Shown: positions 11,030 through 21,341, counted from the stretch's first letter. The stretch is DNA of 64,000 nucleotides from a bacterium (GCA_963681965.1 OY820579.1:1344001-1408000); one strand, 5' to 3'. Translations and numbers: made by a program. Notes: generated from the letters alone by a model not told the origin.

Positions 11030-11404
11030 ATGGAAACACTTTCCCTTCATGATTCAATGCTGATGGAAGAAATCTTTCCAGTTCCAAAATCTGAAGTTCA
11101 GGTTATGATCCGTGTCAACCCGGAATCAAAATCGACTTTTATTCCGAATTTCGAAATATTTACCGATTGTTTCGTGGGTGGTTCGCGGGATCGTACTAAA
11201 GAGCGGAAATTGTCACCCGGAATGATTCGCTTTTTATCGGCAGTAATGAAGGTGTCACCGGAAGTCAAAGTCAGGTGGATTCTTGCTGAGTGGAATTCTG
11301 TGATTGTTAGAGGAAATGAATTCACGATCAAGCGGCTGTTGCAACACGATCAGGTGGTAGACTACAAATATAATTTGCGGATGCAGAGTGTAATGCTCGA
11401 TTAA
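11030..11404 (+). CDS. Hypothetical protein
   Basis: ATG 11030 with GGAG upstream; fills the gap and is followed by a terminator-like hairpin; no family recognised. Confidence 0.45.
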   Translation: METLSLHDSMLMEEIFPVPKSEVQVMIRVNPESKSTFIPNFEIFTDCFVGGSRDRTKERKLSPGMIRFLSAVMKVSPEVKVRWILAEWNSVIVRGNEFTIKRLLQHDQVVDYKYNLRMQSVMLD

Positions 11405-11429
11405 TCTAGATTGAAGCTTTTATCAGTGA

Positions 11430-11466
11430 TGTAAGCGGAGCGCTTAGGCTCCGCTTACACTTTTTT
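11430..11466. terminator. Intrinsic terminator hairpin between convergent genes
   Basis: TGTAAGCGGAGC-gcttag-GCTCCGCTTACA followed by a T-run. Confidence 0.7.
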
Positions 11467-12397
11467 AGCCTTCAGAATCATCGTCAATTTCGTCATCCGA
11501 ATCAGTACTAACGGTCTTTTTCTTTAGCTTAGTAAAGTACTGTTCGTCCTTCACTTTCTCACGTTTACCCGGAAGTCCCCAACCGCCAAGCTTACTTAAT
11601 TCGTTCGTGTAGGTCACCCATTCTTCCGGCGAGACAGTTTGTGGACGTCGCGTCAAGTCAAGTGAACATTCCGCGAATCCGTTAGGCAACGGAGGACGGA
11701 TCGATGGAAGGGTATTGCGCAGCATTTTTCGTCGACCGGCATACGCAGCGCGAATAACCGCATTCAACAATGGCCAGTTGGCAATTTCTGGAGCTGGTTT
11801 ATCGAACGTTACGCGAATGACGGCACTATAAACCTTGGGAGGTGGTTGAAATGCCGACGGGGGAAGTATGAAGAGCTTCTCGACCGATCCAAACAATTGC
11901 ATAAACGTCGATAGCACGCCGTATTCACTGTCTCCCGGTTGTGCCGCAACGCGTTCGGCAACTTCGCGTTGCAACATTACGACCATACCGAGTAACGGTG
12001 GTTGATCGGGTATCGGGTGATAGCGTTGCTTTCGAATTGTTTCGATTGCGCCGAATAAAATCGAACTTGACAAATGATAGGGAAGATTACCGAACAGTAC
12101 GAAGGGGCGATTGAACTCTTTGGTCCAATCGAACTGGGTAATATCGTTGTGTCGAAGAACAAAACCGGGATGACCTTCGTAAGTACGCCAGAGATGATCA
12201 ACCCACCGTTTATCGACTTCCACAGCTACCACTTTTTTTGCATTCTTCAATAAATAGCGAGTCAGTCGACCGTCGCCGGGACCAACTTCAAGCACATCCA
12301 ACTTGTCCAATCCAGACCAGGATCGGGCAATCCGTTCAGCATCTTCTTGATGACGTAAAAAATGTTGACCTAACGATTTCAATAACTGGTGTGACAT
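11465..12397 (-). CDS. rsmA: 16S rRNA adenine dimethyltransferase, with a basic/acidic C-terminal tail
   Basis: KSLGQHFL, VLEVGPGDG, GNLPYHLSS, MLQREVAER, FQPPPKVYSAV. Confidence 0.95.
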   Translation of the reverse strand: MSHQLLKSLGQHFLRHQEDAERIARSWSGLDKLDVLEVGPGDGRLTRYLLKNAKKVVAVEVDKRWVDHLWRTYEGHPGFVLRHNDITQFDWTKEFNRPFVLFGNLPYHLSSSILFGAIETIRKQRYHPIPDQPPLLGMVVMLQREVAERVAAQPGDSEYGVLSTFMQLFGSVEKLFILPPSAFQPPPKVYSAVIRVTFDKPAPEIANWPLLNAVIRAAYAGRRKMLRNTLPSIRPPLPNGFAECSLDLTRRPQTVSPEEWVTYTNELSKLGGWGLPGKREKVKDEQYFTKLKKKTVSTDSDDEIDDDSEG

Positions 12398-12407
12398 TCC
12401 ATTCCAT

Positions 12408-13436
12408 TCAATTCAGTTCGATATCCGGGTGAGAAAGGTTGCGTTCGCGACGTTCGATAATTAATCTGGATGCCATGTGAATTGCATCGCTCATCTTTGA
12501 ATGATCTGCAATCATTTTACCGGCGATGTCGAACGCAGTACCATGTCCCGGAGCAACTCTTAGAAAAGGCAAACCGAGGGTCATGTAGCAAGCTTTTCCA
12601 CCACTGATGATCATCGAAGGTGTTACCCCTTGATCGTGATATAATGCAAAGAGACAGTCGAAATTCTGCCAATTCAGAAACATGACATCGGCTGCAAGTG
12701 GACCTGTGACCATAATCCCTTCGCGTTGTGCTTTTTCTACCGCTGGTGCCAGTGCGGATATGTCCTCGCGTCCAAACAGTCCGCCATCGGAAGCGTGGGG
12801 ATTCAAACCGCACATTCCGATTTTCGGATCGACAATCCCGAACCAATCCGTGATCGAACTGTCGATAACGCGTAATTTGCGAACAATTTTATCCCGGTCG
12901 ATCAGTTCCGGCACTTTTCGTAACGGTTGATGTAGCGAATACAATGCACAGCGTAGTTGTTCCCACACCAGCATCGTTACTGCTTCTTCTACACCGGCGA
13001 CATTTGCCAGCAAATCGGTGTGACCCGGTGCTGGATACCCATCCATCAGCAATGCTTCTTTCGATACCGGTGCAGTGACGATACCATCGACCCGCCCCTT
13101 CATCGCTAACAGACAGGCCTCTTCAATAGCAATTCCCGCGACATGTCCACCGATGCGGGTGATCGCTCCCGGTTCGATTTCGTCTTCGAAATTCGACGGT
13201 TCCCAGATCGGAACACAATCCGGATCGGACGGAATCAATTCGGCAGAGATGAGTCGCAGAAATTTTAATCGATTGTCTAGCTTTTGATTGTAATAGTTAA
13301 AGACTTCGAGTGGTCCGACCAGTAGTGGTTGACAAATCGCACGAATTGCTGGATCGGACAACGATTTCAGAATGATTTCCGGACCGATACCGTTTGGATC
13401 GCCAACGGTGATGGCAAGGATTGGTACGCGAGACAT
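12408..13436 (-). CDS. pdxA: PdxA-family dehydrogenase with divergent active site
   Basis: ITVGDPNGIGPE, TAPVSK, GHTD, GLNPHA, YHDQG, TLGLPFLR, HGTAFDIAG; lies directly upstream of rsmA, as in canonical operons. Confidence 0.85.
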   Translation of the reverse strand: MSRVPILAITVGDPNGIGPEIILKSLSDPAIRAICQPLLVGPLEVFNYYNQKLDNRLKFLRLISAELIPSDPDCVPIWEPSNFEDEIEPGAITRIGGHVAGIAIEEACLLAMKGRVDGIVTAPVSKEALLMDGYPAPGHTDLLANVAGVEEAVTMLVWEQLRCALYSLHQPLRKVPELIDRDKIVRKLRVIDSSITDWFGIVDPKIGMCGLNPHASDGGLFGREDISALAPAVEKAQREGIMVTGPLAADVMFLNWQNFDCLFALYHDQGVTPSMIISGGKACYMTLGLPFLRVAPGHGTAFDIAGKMIADHSKMSDAIHMASRLIIERRERNLSHPDIELN

Positions 13437-13438
13437 GG

Positions 13439-15388
13439 TCAACCCCTTGCGATATTTCGAACGGCGTTTTGCTGCGCTTCGTAGAATAATGCCAAATTAA
13501 GCGCCATCCAAAGTGCAATGCCACTCCCGGACGGGAGTGCTTTCGAAAACAGAAATTCGACACCTTCGCGATCAAACCAATGTGATTGCTCGGCACAAGC
13601 CATGAGACGGTCTCTTGCACTTGCTCGCAACTGTCCGGAAAACCAACTATCTAGCGGAACCGGAAAACTGGTCTTGGTTCTGGTGCGAATAGATTCGGGA
13701 ATGCGATTTCGGTAAGCTTCACGTAAGATTAATTTGGCAACATCATGTTTTTGAACCGCTTCCGGTAATGGTAGTTGAAATGCACGAGCTTCATCGTCTT
13801 CTGATCGAAATCGAACTTTTAATGAAGCGGGTAGCGATAACCCATATTCCACCACAGGTTTCCCGACAAACGGAACTCGACCTTCGATCGATGCCGCCAT
13901 CGTAGTGGCATCTATGCGACCCAACAATCCCGGTAGATGAACATTCCATAACAGTTGAACGATCTGGTCGTCGTAACTGAGGGTCGAAATCCGTTCGAAT
14001 TGCTCGCGCCAGAATGTATCGAGGAATGGGTCTTCTTCGTAATGTTTTGCACGATCGATCCCAAACAAGATCACCGATAACGGTAATGGAATCCAGCGAT
14101 AAGCCCGAAGAAAATGATCCAGAGGGCTTGGAAAACTACTACGACCGTAAGCTGCCGATAGTGATTCGCGGATGAGTTCAGGTTGAGAAAATAAGCCCGG
14201 ATTATCTTGCAGCAGTCGACTGCGATAATAATCGAACGGTGCACGCATCAATAGTGGATAGCCACCGAATAGTTCATCGGAACCTTCACCGGTAAGGACG
14301 ACTTTTACCTCTTTTGCCGCTTCGCGAGCCAGTTGAAGCAAAGGTGGTTCGTTCGGAACCGTTAGCGGCATACCCCGTTGTTGAATTAAATAAGTCCAAT
14401 CGGTCAGGTAATCCGATAGATCGTAGGTATACTGAGTATGTTTTACCTTCAGAGCGCGAGCAACCAATTCGGCAAACCGGCGTTCGTCGAATCCGGATTC
14501 TTTGAAACTAATTCCAAACGTTCGTACCTGATCCGGTGCGACTTTTACCATTTCTGCCAGCAGGATCGAGGAATCAACGCCACCGGATAAATAGGCGCCT
14601 ACAGGAACATCTGCCCGGAGTTCGGCAGCGACTTCAGCCGCCAATAATTCTTGTACTCGCTGAGCAATATGCTGTTCTTGAGCCGGTTTCGGTGAGATAA
14701 CATCGACCGGTGATCGCCAAAAATAACCGATAGAGATCGATCCATCTGACGTTAAGCGTAACCATCCACCCGGAGGAACCGCTAGGAGATTACCCCAAAG
14801 AGTACGTGTTCCCAGTACCGGTTGTGCGTGACGGATGTATTGACCTAAGGCGTGTTGATCGATCCGGGGAGGTACGAGCGAACTGGCAAAGATAACCGGG
14901 ATTTCCGAAGCGAAGACAAACCAGGCAGGCTGTTTAGAATAAAAGAGTGGTTTGATGCCGCCACTATCGCGTGCCAGCAACACTTCTCCGCTATCGCGAA
15001 ACCACGCGGCAACTGCGAACATCCCGGCTAATTTCGGCAAGGCATTCCACCCATCGAGCGCGAGTAGTTCGACCAGAGTTTCAGTATCGGAGGAGCCGCG
15101 AAAACGCACACCTCGACTTGCTAAGTATCCACGTAACTCGGCATCGTTATACAATTCACCATTGTAAGTGATCGTTACACGACCATCTAATGAGGTCATC
15201 GGTTGCTTGCCGGTAGGCGATAAATCGACAATCGACAATCGTCGATGAGCAAATCCACAATTACGGTCTTGAAAAATGCCCTCGTCGTCGGGACCGCGAT
15301 GCGCCATCGCGCGATTCATCGCTGCCAACCATGGAGCTGGTGGATGAAGATCGGGAGATAACCCGACGATGCCGGCTATACCACACAT
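13439..15388 (-). CDS. asnB: Asparagine synthase (glutamine-hydrolysing)-family amidotransferase
   Basis: N-terminal MCGIAG, HRGPD, HRRLSIVD, YNGELYN, LSGGVDSS, LTGEGSDELFGGY, IEGRVPF. Confidence 0.9.
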   Translation of the reverse strand: MCGIAGIVGLSPDLHPPAPWLAAMNRAMAHRGPDDEGIFQDRNCGFAHRRLSIVDLSPTGKQPMTSLDGRVTITYNGELYNDAELRGYLASRGVRFRGSSDTETLVELLALDGWNALPKLAGMFAVAAWFRDSGEVLLARDSGGIKPLFYSKQPAWFVFASEIPVIFASSLVPPRIDQHALGQYIRHAQPVLGTRTLWGNLLAVPPGGWLRLTSDGSISIGYFWRSPVDVISPKPAQEQHIAQRVQELLAAEVAAELRADVPVGAYLSGGVDSSILLAEMVKVAPDQVRTFGISFKESGFDERRFAELVARALKVKHTQYTYDLSDYLTDWTYLIQQRGMPLTVPNEPPLLQLAREAAKEVKVVLTGEGSDELFGGYPLLMRAPFDYYRSRLLQDNPGLFSQPELIRESLSAAYGRSSFPSPLDHFLRAYRWIPLPLSVILFGIDRAKHYEEDPFLDTFWREQFERISTLSYDDQIVQLLWNVHLPGLLGRIDATTMAASIEGRVPFVGKPVVEYGLSLPASLKVRFRSEDDEARAFQLPLPEAVQKHDVAKLILREAYRNRIPESIRTRTKTSFPVPLDSWFSGQLRASARDRLMACAEQSHWFDREGVEFLFSKALPSGSGIALWMALNLALFYEAQQNAVRNIARG

Positions 15389-16278
15389 TACTTGGCTTCA
15401 ATCAGTCGCGCCGCACCGACGGCTGGTGGATACATCGATTGGACAACTTCCATCGTCCCGATATGTTCGATTTCAATAAGCAGCTCCTGATACAACGCGG
15501 TTTCGTTTGATAACAATCCACCACTGAATGCGACTTGACGAACCGCTTGTTCACCACCCAGTCGGTCTTGTAGTACGGTCAGATGCCGGACTAAATGATT
15601 CGAAGCCAATCGTACTAATTTTTTTGCTACGGGATCGGTCTTTGCCGTTTCCAATACAAGTGGTGCTAATTCACCGTATTTTGCTGGTGTCCATTCCGTT
15701 GAGTAAATGATGGGAACTGAATCGACGATCGACTGAATATCGAAATGAGTATTGATTTTTTCGGTAAGCTCTGTCTTCTCGCCACGACCGTCGTGTGCAA
15801 GCAAGCAACAGCGAATTGCTTCCCGACCTAGCCAGCAACCACTCCCTTCATCGCCTAATTGCCAACCCCAACCACCAACGCGCAATGGTTCGGAACTATC
15901 CGACGATTTACCGTATGCAATAGAACCCGTACCAGCGATGAGTAACATCCCCGGACCACCATCGAAAGCGCCGTGAAGTGCGATTGCGGCATCGGTCTCG
16001 ACTCGAACCGGCAATTTCATCGTTTCGGCAATGAGTGAGCGCAATTGATCGCGTTCTCCATATTTTCCGGCACCCGCGATACCAATCGAAATAGCTTCAG
16101 TCGGTTCGGATACAATATTGCGCAATTCTGCGCATAACGAGACGACTAAATAGACTGCTTCAACGTAACCAATTCTTTTCAAGTTACCGACACCGCCATT
16201 TACTGTCGCCAGCACGTTACCATTTTTGTAAGCTACTGCAGTAGTTCCAGTACCACCACAATCCATCCCGACAATCAT
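15388..16278 (-). CDS. BadF/BadG/BcrA/BcrD-type GlcNAc/MurNAc kinase
   Basis: GMDCGGTGT, IGIAGAG, ETDAAIAL, IAGTGSIA, RVGGWGWQLGDEGSG. Confidence 0.85.
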   Translation of the reverse strand: MIVGMDCGGTGTTAVAYKNGNVLATVNGGVGNLKRIGYVEAVYLVVSLCAELRNIVSEPTEAISIGIAGAGKYGERDQLRSLIAETMKLPVRVETDAAIALHGAFDGGPGMLLIAGTGSIAYGKSSDSSEPLRVGGWGWQLGDEGSGCWLGREAIRCCLLAHDGRGEKTELTEKINTHFDIQSIVDSVPIIYSTEWTPAKYGELAPLVLETAKTDPVAKKLVRLASNHLVRHLTVLQDRLGGEQAVRQVAFSGGLLSNETALYQELLIEIEHIGTMEVVQSMYPPAVGAARLIEAK

Positions 16279-17789
16279 TTGAGATCCTTTCCAATCGTTT
16301 CGTTCAGCCGAATCCGCCGTATCAAGGCGCGTTTCCGCGATTCGGTTTTCGACCAGATTTTCAAGCTGTGATGTCGCAACGCATCGGTATTGTCCGGGTG
16401 TCTGCGATAATGGTACAATACTTCACGGATTCGATGAACACGATATCGTTCACCGCATTTCAAAATCATATCGTAGTCTTCACCGTAACTGCCGAAACTC
16501 AATTCGTCGAATCCGCCGTTTGCCAATAACACACTGCGTCGCCAGATCCGCGCAGCACCAGCGCCATCGCGCCGGAGCACATTATTTCGATTGTATGCGG
16601 CGTGCGTTATGATACCGATTTCCGGTAATGGAGTCCCGGCTTCGTCGACTAGATCGTAATAACTGATTGCGACTCCGATCTTTCGATCGCCGTCCAACGC
16701 TTCCACTGCTCGTTGCAATGTTACTGGAGCGTAGGCGTCGTCGCTATCGAGTTGCGCCAGATATTTGCCACGCGTAGCGAATAGCCCGTCGTTCAATGCT
16801 TCGCCGATCACATTGGTCGTTCGTCTGATCAACCGGATCCGGGAATCGGTTGCCATCTTGCTTTCAACTACGGCAATTGTGTTGTCGGTAGAGGCGTTGT
16901 CGACAACAATGATTTCAAAGTTGTCATAAGTTCCGGTTTGAACCGATTCAATCGCAGTGCCGATAAATCGCGCACGATTGTATACCGGAATCACAACACT
17001 AATCACTGGATCACCTGGCTTCAGTTCGGGATCCGGCGGGCATTCGACAATCCCTTCTTCACCTTCTAGCCATGCACCTCGACGTTTTAACGAATCGTAG
17101 AACACCGATTCAATTTCCGCTTCTTCGGCTGGGTCGAGGAATAAATACGAAAATCCGCCTAATTTTCCTTGTCCCGGAAAATATAGCTTTGCTGCCCGTT
17201 GTCGTTCTTCCTCGGTCATGATGGGTTGTTCAAGCGATTGCCGAATAAGCGGTTCGGCGATATGTAGTGTCTGGAACCGTTCCCCAAGTCGTAACCGTAG
17301 ATCATACAAAGGAGCAAATCGCAGACCATTGCGAATTCCGTGAACCGCCTGCAGTGCATCGCGTGAAATCCAAAGGCATGGGCTACGGTCTTCCCGTTCG
17401 GTAATATCGCCGTGATCGTCGATTAAATCGACGCGTCGCTCGGTACCATTTTCTACTAGCAGATAGTCTGTGAAACCCCAGCCGGTATCGCGACGTGAAC
17501 TGAACAACCGGTCGATCCGCGATAGGCAATTCGGCAGTATGGTCACAGTTGTCGGCAGTAAACCGAGCCATGGGGCAGTTGCTTGTTCGAAAAAAGCTTC
17601 TAGAAGATCCCCGGCGGAAGCGTCTTCCGGGAGATTTATCCGCTGAATTCGGGAATCGTCTGGTGCTCCGACGATTGTGGGTGGAAGGTAGACTGAAAAC
17701 TCGATGCTGGTTTGCTGTTGTAATGATTGCCAAAGTGCCGAAAAATCGCCGGGAGCGGGCAAAATGAGAAGATCGAACCGGTGCTGCAT
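16275..17789 (-). CDS. Two-domain family 2 glycosyltransferase (degenerate N-domain, intact C-terminal GT-A domain)
   Basis: SVVIPVYNR, IIVVDNASTD, QLDSDD, YGEDYD, LYHYRRH. Confidence 0.85.
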   Translation of the reverse strand: MQHRFDLLILPAPGDFSALWQSLQQQTSIEFSVYLPPTIVGAPDDSRIQRINLPEDASAGDLLEAFFEQATAPWLGLLPTTVTILPNCLSRIDRLFSSRRDTGWGFTDYLLVENGTERRVDLIDDHGDITEREDRSPCLWISRDALQAVHGIRNGLRFAPLYDLRLRLGERFQTLHIAEPLIRQSLEQPIMTEEERQRAAKLYFPGQGKLGGFSYLFLDPAEEAEIESVFYDSLKRRGAWLEGEEGIVECPPDPELKPGDPVISVVIPVYNRARFIGTAIESVQTGTYDNFEIIVVDNASTDNTIAVVESKMATDSRIRLIRRTTNVIGEALNDGLFATRGKYLAQLDSDDAYAPVTLQRAVEALDGDRKIGVAISYYDLVDEAGTPLPEIGIITHAAYNRNNVLRRDGAGAARIWRRSVLLANGGFDELSFGSYGEDYDMILKCGERYRVHRIREVLYHYRRHPDNTDALRHHSLKIWSKTESRKRALIRRIRLNETIGKDLK

Positions 17790-17878
17790 GAACTACTCCG
17801 TTATTCAAACTGAAATGGTTGCAAGGAGATGGGAACGACCGTTATTTTACGACAATGTAACTCTTCGAGCAAACCGAA

Positions 17879-20272
17879 TTGAAGATTTCGAAAACCCGAT
17901 TGGCTAGATCTCTCGCCTTGTTGATTTTGTTCGCTTTCCACATTCCACTGCTTTCCGCCGCGGAATTATGTGTTGATTCCCTTAAATACTCTCCTGATCG
18001 TCCACTGGTTTTGGTTTTATCTGGTGGTGGAGCACGGGGGATTGCGCATATCGGTGTGCTGCGCGAGTTGGAGCGAAATCGGATCGAACCGGATCTAATC
18101 GTCGGTTCTTCGATTGGAGGAGTCGTCGGTGCACTCTGGAGTAGTGGTTTTAGCAGCGACGAAATTGCCGAATTTTTTAGAAACTTCGATTGGTCGACTA
18201 TGTTTTCCGATAAACCACGTCGAACGGCAATGTTCCTGAGCAAACGCGACTACGATCAGCAAGGGTTACTTACACTTCGCTTTGGTCCGGGAGGTCGACC
18301 CATTGTTCCGACGGCAATCACCAATGGACAAATGCTGTTCAACAACCTCCGGCATCTCTTCGAAAAAGCCCCGTTCCAACCCAATCCGTCCTTTAATGCG
18401 CTTCGTTATCCTGTGCGGATCGTCAGTTGCGATTTGAATACCGGTGAACGGAAGATTTTCGATCAAGGAGACTTGGCAATTGCCTGCCGGGCTTCGTTGA
18501 GTTACCCGTTATTTCTCTCGCCGGTGCCGTTGGACGGACATTTATTTGTGGACGGTGGCGTTGCGGAAAATATTCCCTCAATTGTTGCCCGTGAATTGTC
18601 GCCAACGGGATTAATATTAGCAATCGATTGTACCGCACCGGTTCGTCAGGATACTCCACCGTCGACTCCATGGGAAGTTGCCGATCGAGTGACGACAATC
18701 CTCCAGATTGACCGCAATATCGAGTGTCAAACGAAAACTGATATTATAATAAAACCTTTGTTAGATAAAATATCCCCGACCGACTTTTCAACTGTGGATT
18801 CCGTGATTGCACTCGGAGAGCAAGCAGGCATCGCACTGATCAAAGATCACCCCGAGTTATTGAAGCGGCAGCGAGAAATACCCGGTGCCGACAAAGTCTA
18901 CGTGTTGGGTGACGATATTACCGGTCAGACTCGCCGAAAGTTGGAACGTCCATTATCGGATCGATGGGAACAGTATTATCGATTGGCGAATATCTATCGC
19001 ACCAATAATTGGATCAACGGTTACGTGAAGGCGGTCGACCATTTTGGCGACCGACTATACTATACTGTTCAGCCACCAATCTTAAGATCGCTGGCGGTGG
19101 TGGGAACCTCGCGTAATTTCTCCGACCTGATGAAAGGTGAAACTGGACTAAAAATCGGTGAACCGCTGCAAATTAGGGATCTTGACCGAACCGTAGAATA
19201 TCTCTATGGTTCCGGTATGTTCGATATGGTTTATCCCGTTCGTGAAGCGATCCCCGGTGGAATCAAATTGACTTTTATCGTTCAAGAGCGGACACTTCCA
19301 GTTTTGAGACTTGGTGCCGGATATGACAATCACCGCGGTGGCAGCGGGCAAGTTCAGTTGTTGTATGACAATATTTTCGGAATAACGACTCACGGTGCCG
19401 CGACTTTTCAATTCGGTGAGAAAGATGCGATCGGAAGTTTGCGTTTTCATGCCGATAGATTAATCGGTCGAGTTGGCGCAATCGATTTCGAAGTCAATGC
19501 GACCCATACTGCGTGGCCAAGATTTGAACAGAGTAATCTATCCGCAATCAGTTATAATCGGGTGGGAGGAAGTGCCTCGCTTGGTCAATCAGTCGGGAGA
19601 TGGAGTGTGGTTGCTGCCGGATTGCGAGTGCATAATCTTCGGGTCACGGAAGCCGATACGTCGCGAAAGTATCAGATTGCACCGTTTTTCATCCAATATT
19701 CCATCGATACCGAAGATCAGTCGCCATTTCCCACATCAGGTACCCGCATCATGACCGCGTGGGAAACAGCACAGGGTAAAAATATCACCGATTATAGCTA
19801 TAGCCGCTTTTACTATTATCAATCAACGTCGTTCAAGATTTCTAAACGTTTAGTTCTGACTCCCCAAACGATTGGTGGATTTAACAGCTCTTCATCGCCT
19901 CGATCGGAATGGTATCGGATTGGGGGACCCTGGGACTTTTGGGGGCTTGCCACTGGTGAGCGAGAGTCCAGAAACTTAGGTGTAGCGGCAATTACCGGGC
20001 GGTATGATTTGATCTCGCGTTTGGTCGCAGATACGTACATCGAAATGCGTGCGAACATCGCGGTTTTGTCCGAAACCCACGATTTGCGCTGGCAGCAAGG
20101 GCAAAGAGTAATCGGGGGCGGTGTCGCCGTGGCAATGTCGACTTGGTTAGGTCCTGTTCGATTAGTCTGGGGATGGGCAGGGGAAGAAGTTGCCAAATCA
20201 ATCCCCACTGTCTCAGTATCTTTGGGCAGTTCGATCCCCAATCCCCTTGGACCGAGAACAATATTCAAATGA
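17879..20272 (+). CDS. Patatin-like phospholipase + POTRA + BamA-type barrel (PlpD-like)
   Basis: Signal peptide, LSGGGARGIAHIGVL, GSSIG, VDGG; central POTRA-like segment; C-terminal barrel ending TWLGPVRLVWG. Confidence 0.85.
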   Translation: MKISKTRLARSLALLILFAFHIPLLSAAELCVDSLKYSPDRPLVLVLSGGGARGIAHIGVLRELERNRIEPDLIVGSSIGGVVGALWSSGFSSDEIAEFFRNFDWSTMFSDKPRRTAMFLSKRDYDQQGLLTLRFGPGGRPIVPTAITNGQMLFNNLRHLFEKAPFQPNPSFNALRYPVRIVSCDLNTGERKIFDQGDLAIACRASLSYPLFLSPVPLDGHLFVDGGVAENIPSIVARELSPTGLILAIDCTAPVRQDTPPSTPWEVADRVTTILQIDRNIECQTKTDIIIKPLLDKISPTDFSTVDSVIALGEQAGIALIKDHPELLKRQREIPGADKVYVLGDDITGQTRRKLERPLSDRWEQYYRLANIYRTNNWINGYVKAVDHFGDRLYYTVQPPILRSLAVVGTSRNFSDLMKGETGLKIGEPLQIRDLDRTVEYLYGSGMFDMVYPVREAIPGGIKLTFIVQERTLPVLRLGAGYDNHRGGSGQVQLLYDNIFGITTHGAATFQFGEKDAIGSLRFHADRLIGRVGAIDFEVNATHTAWPRFEQSNLSAISYNRVGGSASLGQSVGRWSVVAAGLRVHNLRVTEADTSRKYQIAPFFIQYSIDTEDQSPFPTSGTRIMTAWETAQGKNITDYSYSRFYYYQSTSFKISKRLVLTPQTIGGFNSSSSPRSEWYRIGGPWDFWGLATGERESRNLGVAAITGRYDLISRLVADTYIEMRANIAVLSETHDLRWQQGQRVIGGGVAVAMSTWLGPVRLVWGWAGEEVAKSIPTVSVSLGSSIPNPLGPRTIFK

Positions 20273-20302
20273 GGGTGAATTCCTAACTATATTGGGGTCA
20301 AA

Positions 20303-21334
20303 GTGAAGGTGTTTATTGTGATTAGAATTTCTCTAATAATTCTTATCCTGATGGCATTATTCGTGACCATCGCAACTGCGGTTCCCGAACTGCCTGATGG
20401 AGTTTGGATTCACTATTCCGGCGCATTACGCGGTGCAATCGACCCTTGTGGATGTAAAATTCCTATGGGGGGAACTGCACGGAGAATGGGTGAGATCGAT
20501 CGAATGATGAAAATTGCCAGCTCCGATGCCCACCTTGTCGTCGATGCTGGAGAGTGGCGCGATTTAGGGGATCCGATCGATGGCAATACCCGTACAGCAG
20601 CGTTGTTGAAAGCGCTAAAAACTGGTCATTTGGCTGCGGTGAATGTCAGTTTACGTGATGTCATGTTGAATAGAACATTCCTCGATTCGATTGCGATTGC
20701 CGATTCAATCCCATTTGTCTCTGCCAATCTTCGAATTGATTCGATCATGGCTCCGCTGTTTCCTGCCTATCGGATTGCTCGCGGTAAAGTTATGAATAAA
20801 CCGTATGCGGTTGCTTTTATCGGCTTAACCGATCCAACCTATACCCGGTATTCTAATCGGAAAATTGGACTCGTCGCGTTAGATTGGACGTTGATTTTAC
20901 GTGACGTGATGGATGAGTTGAAAAAAGAAAAAGTGAATGCGATCGTGTTGCTAACCGATGCAGCACCAAGTCGACTCGACACGTTAATGGGGAAGGTTGC
21001 AGTTCAATTCATTGTCACAACGAACCCGGAATGTCAGTGGAACCGCATCACGAAAACCGACCATGGTTACATGATCGCGCCGATGACGATGGGAAAACAT
21101 TGGGAAGCGGTGAAATCGATGGCTACCGGACCCGATCCGTGGATCGCAAACCGCACGGAATTGTCAGCTTCGGTACCGGAATCGGAAGCGGCACATAAAA
21201 TTATCGAAGAGTATCGCGCCAGATTTATTAGAAAGCCTGTACCGGCACCTGCAGTTCCGCCACAAGTAATCAAGTCGGAATTATCACAACCCGCAAGTGC
21301 TGCAACTCCTACACCAACGCCGAGTGGAAAGTGA
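20303..21334 (+). CDS. Secreted UshA/5'-nucleotidase-like metallophosphoesterase-fold protein with CGC motif
   Basis: Signal peptide; GAIDPCGC...GGTARR, LVVDAG, IPFVSANL, VAFIGL; lacks the canonical GNHE motif. Confidence 0.6.
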   Translation: MKVFIVIRISLIILILMALFVTIATAVPELPDGVWIHYSGALRGAIDPCGCKIPMGGTARRMGEIDRMMKIASSDAHLVVDAGEWRDLGDPIDGNTRTAALLKALKTGHLAAVNVSLRDVMLNRTFLDSIAIADSIPFVSANLRIDSIMAPLFPAYRIARGKVMNKPYAVAFIGLTDPTYTRYSNRKIGLVALDWTLILRDVMDELKKEKVNAIVLLTDAAPSRLDTLMGKVAVQFIVTTNPECQWNRITKTDHGYMIAPMTMGKHWEAVKSMATGPDPWIANRTELSASVPESEAAHKIIEEYRARFIRKPVPAPAVPPQVIKSELSQPASAATPTPTPSGK

Positions 21335-21341
21335 GAATTTG

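Noticed and set aside
20441-20458. Selenocysteine in the UshA-like motif
   Set aside because: The codons are TGT-GGA-TGT; there is no in-frame TGA.
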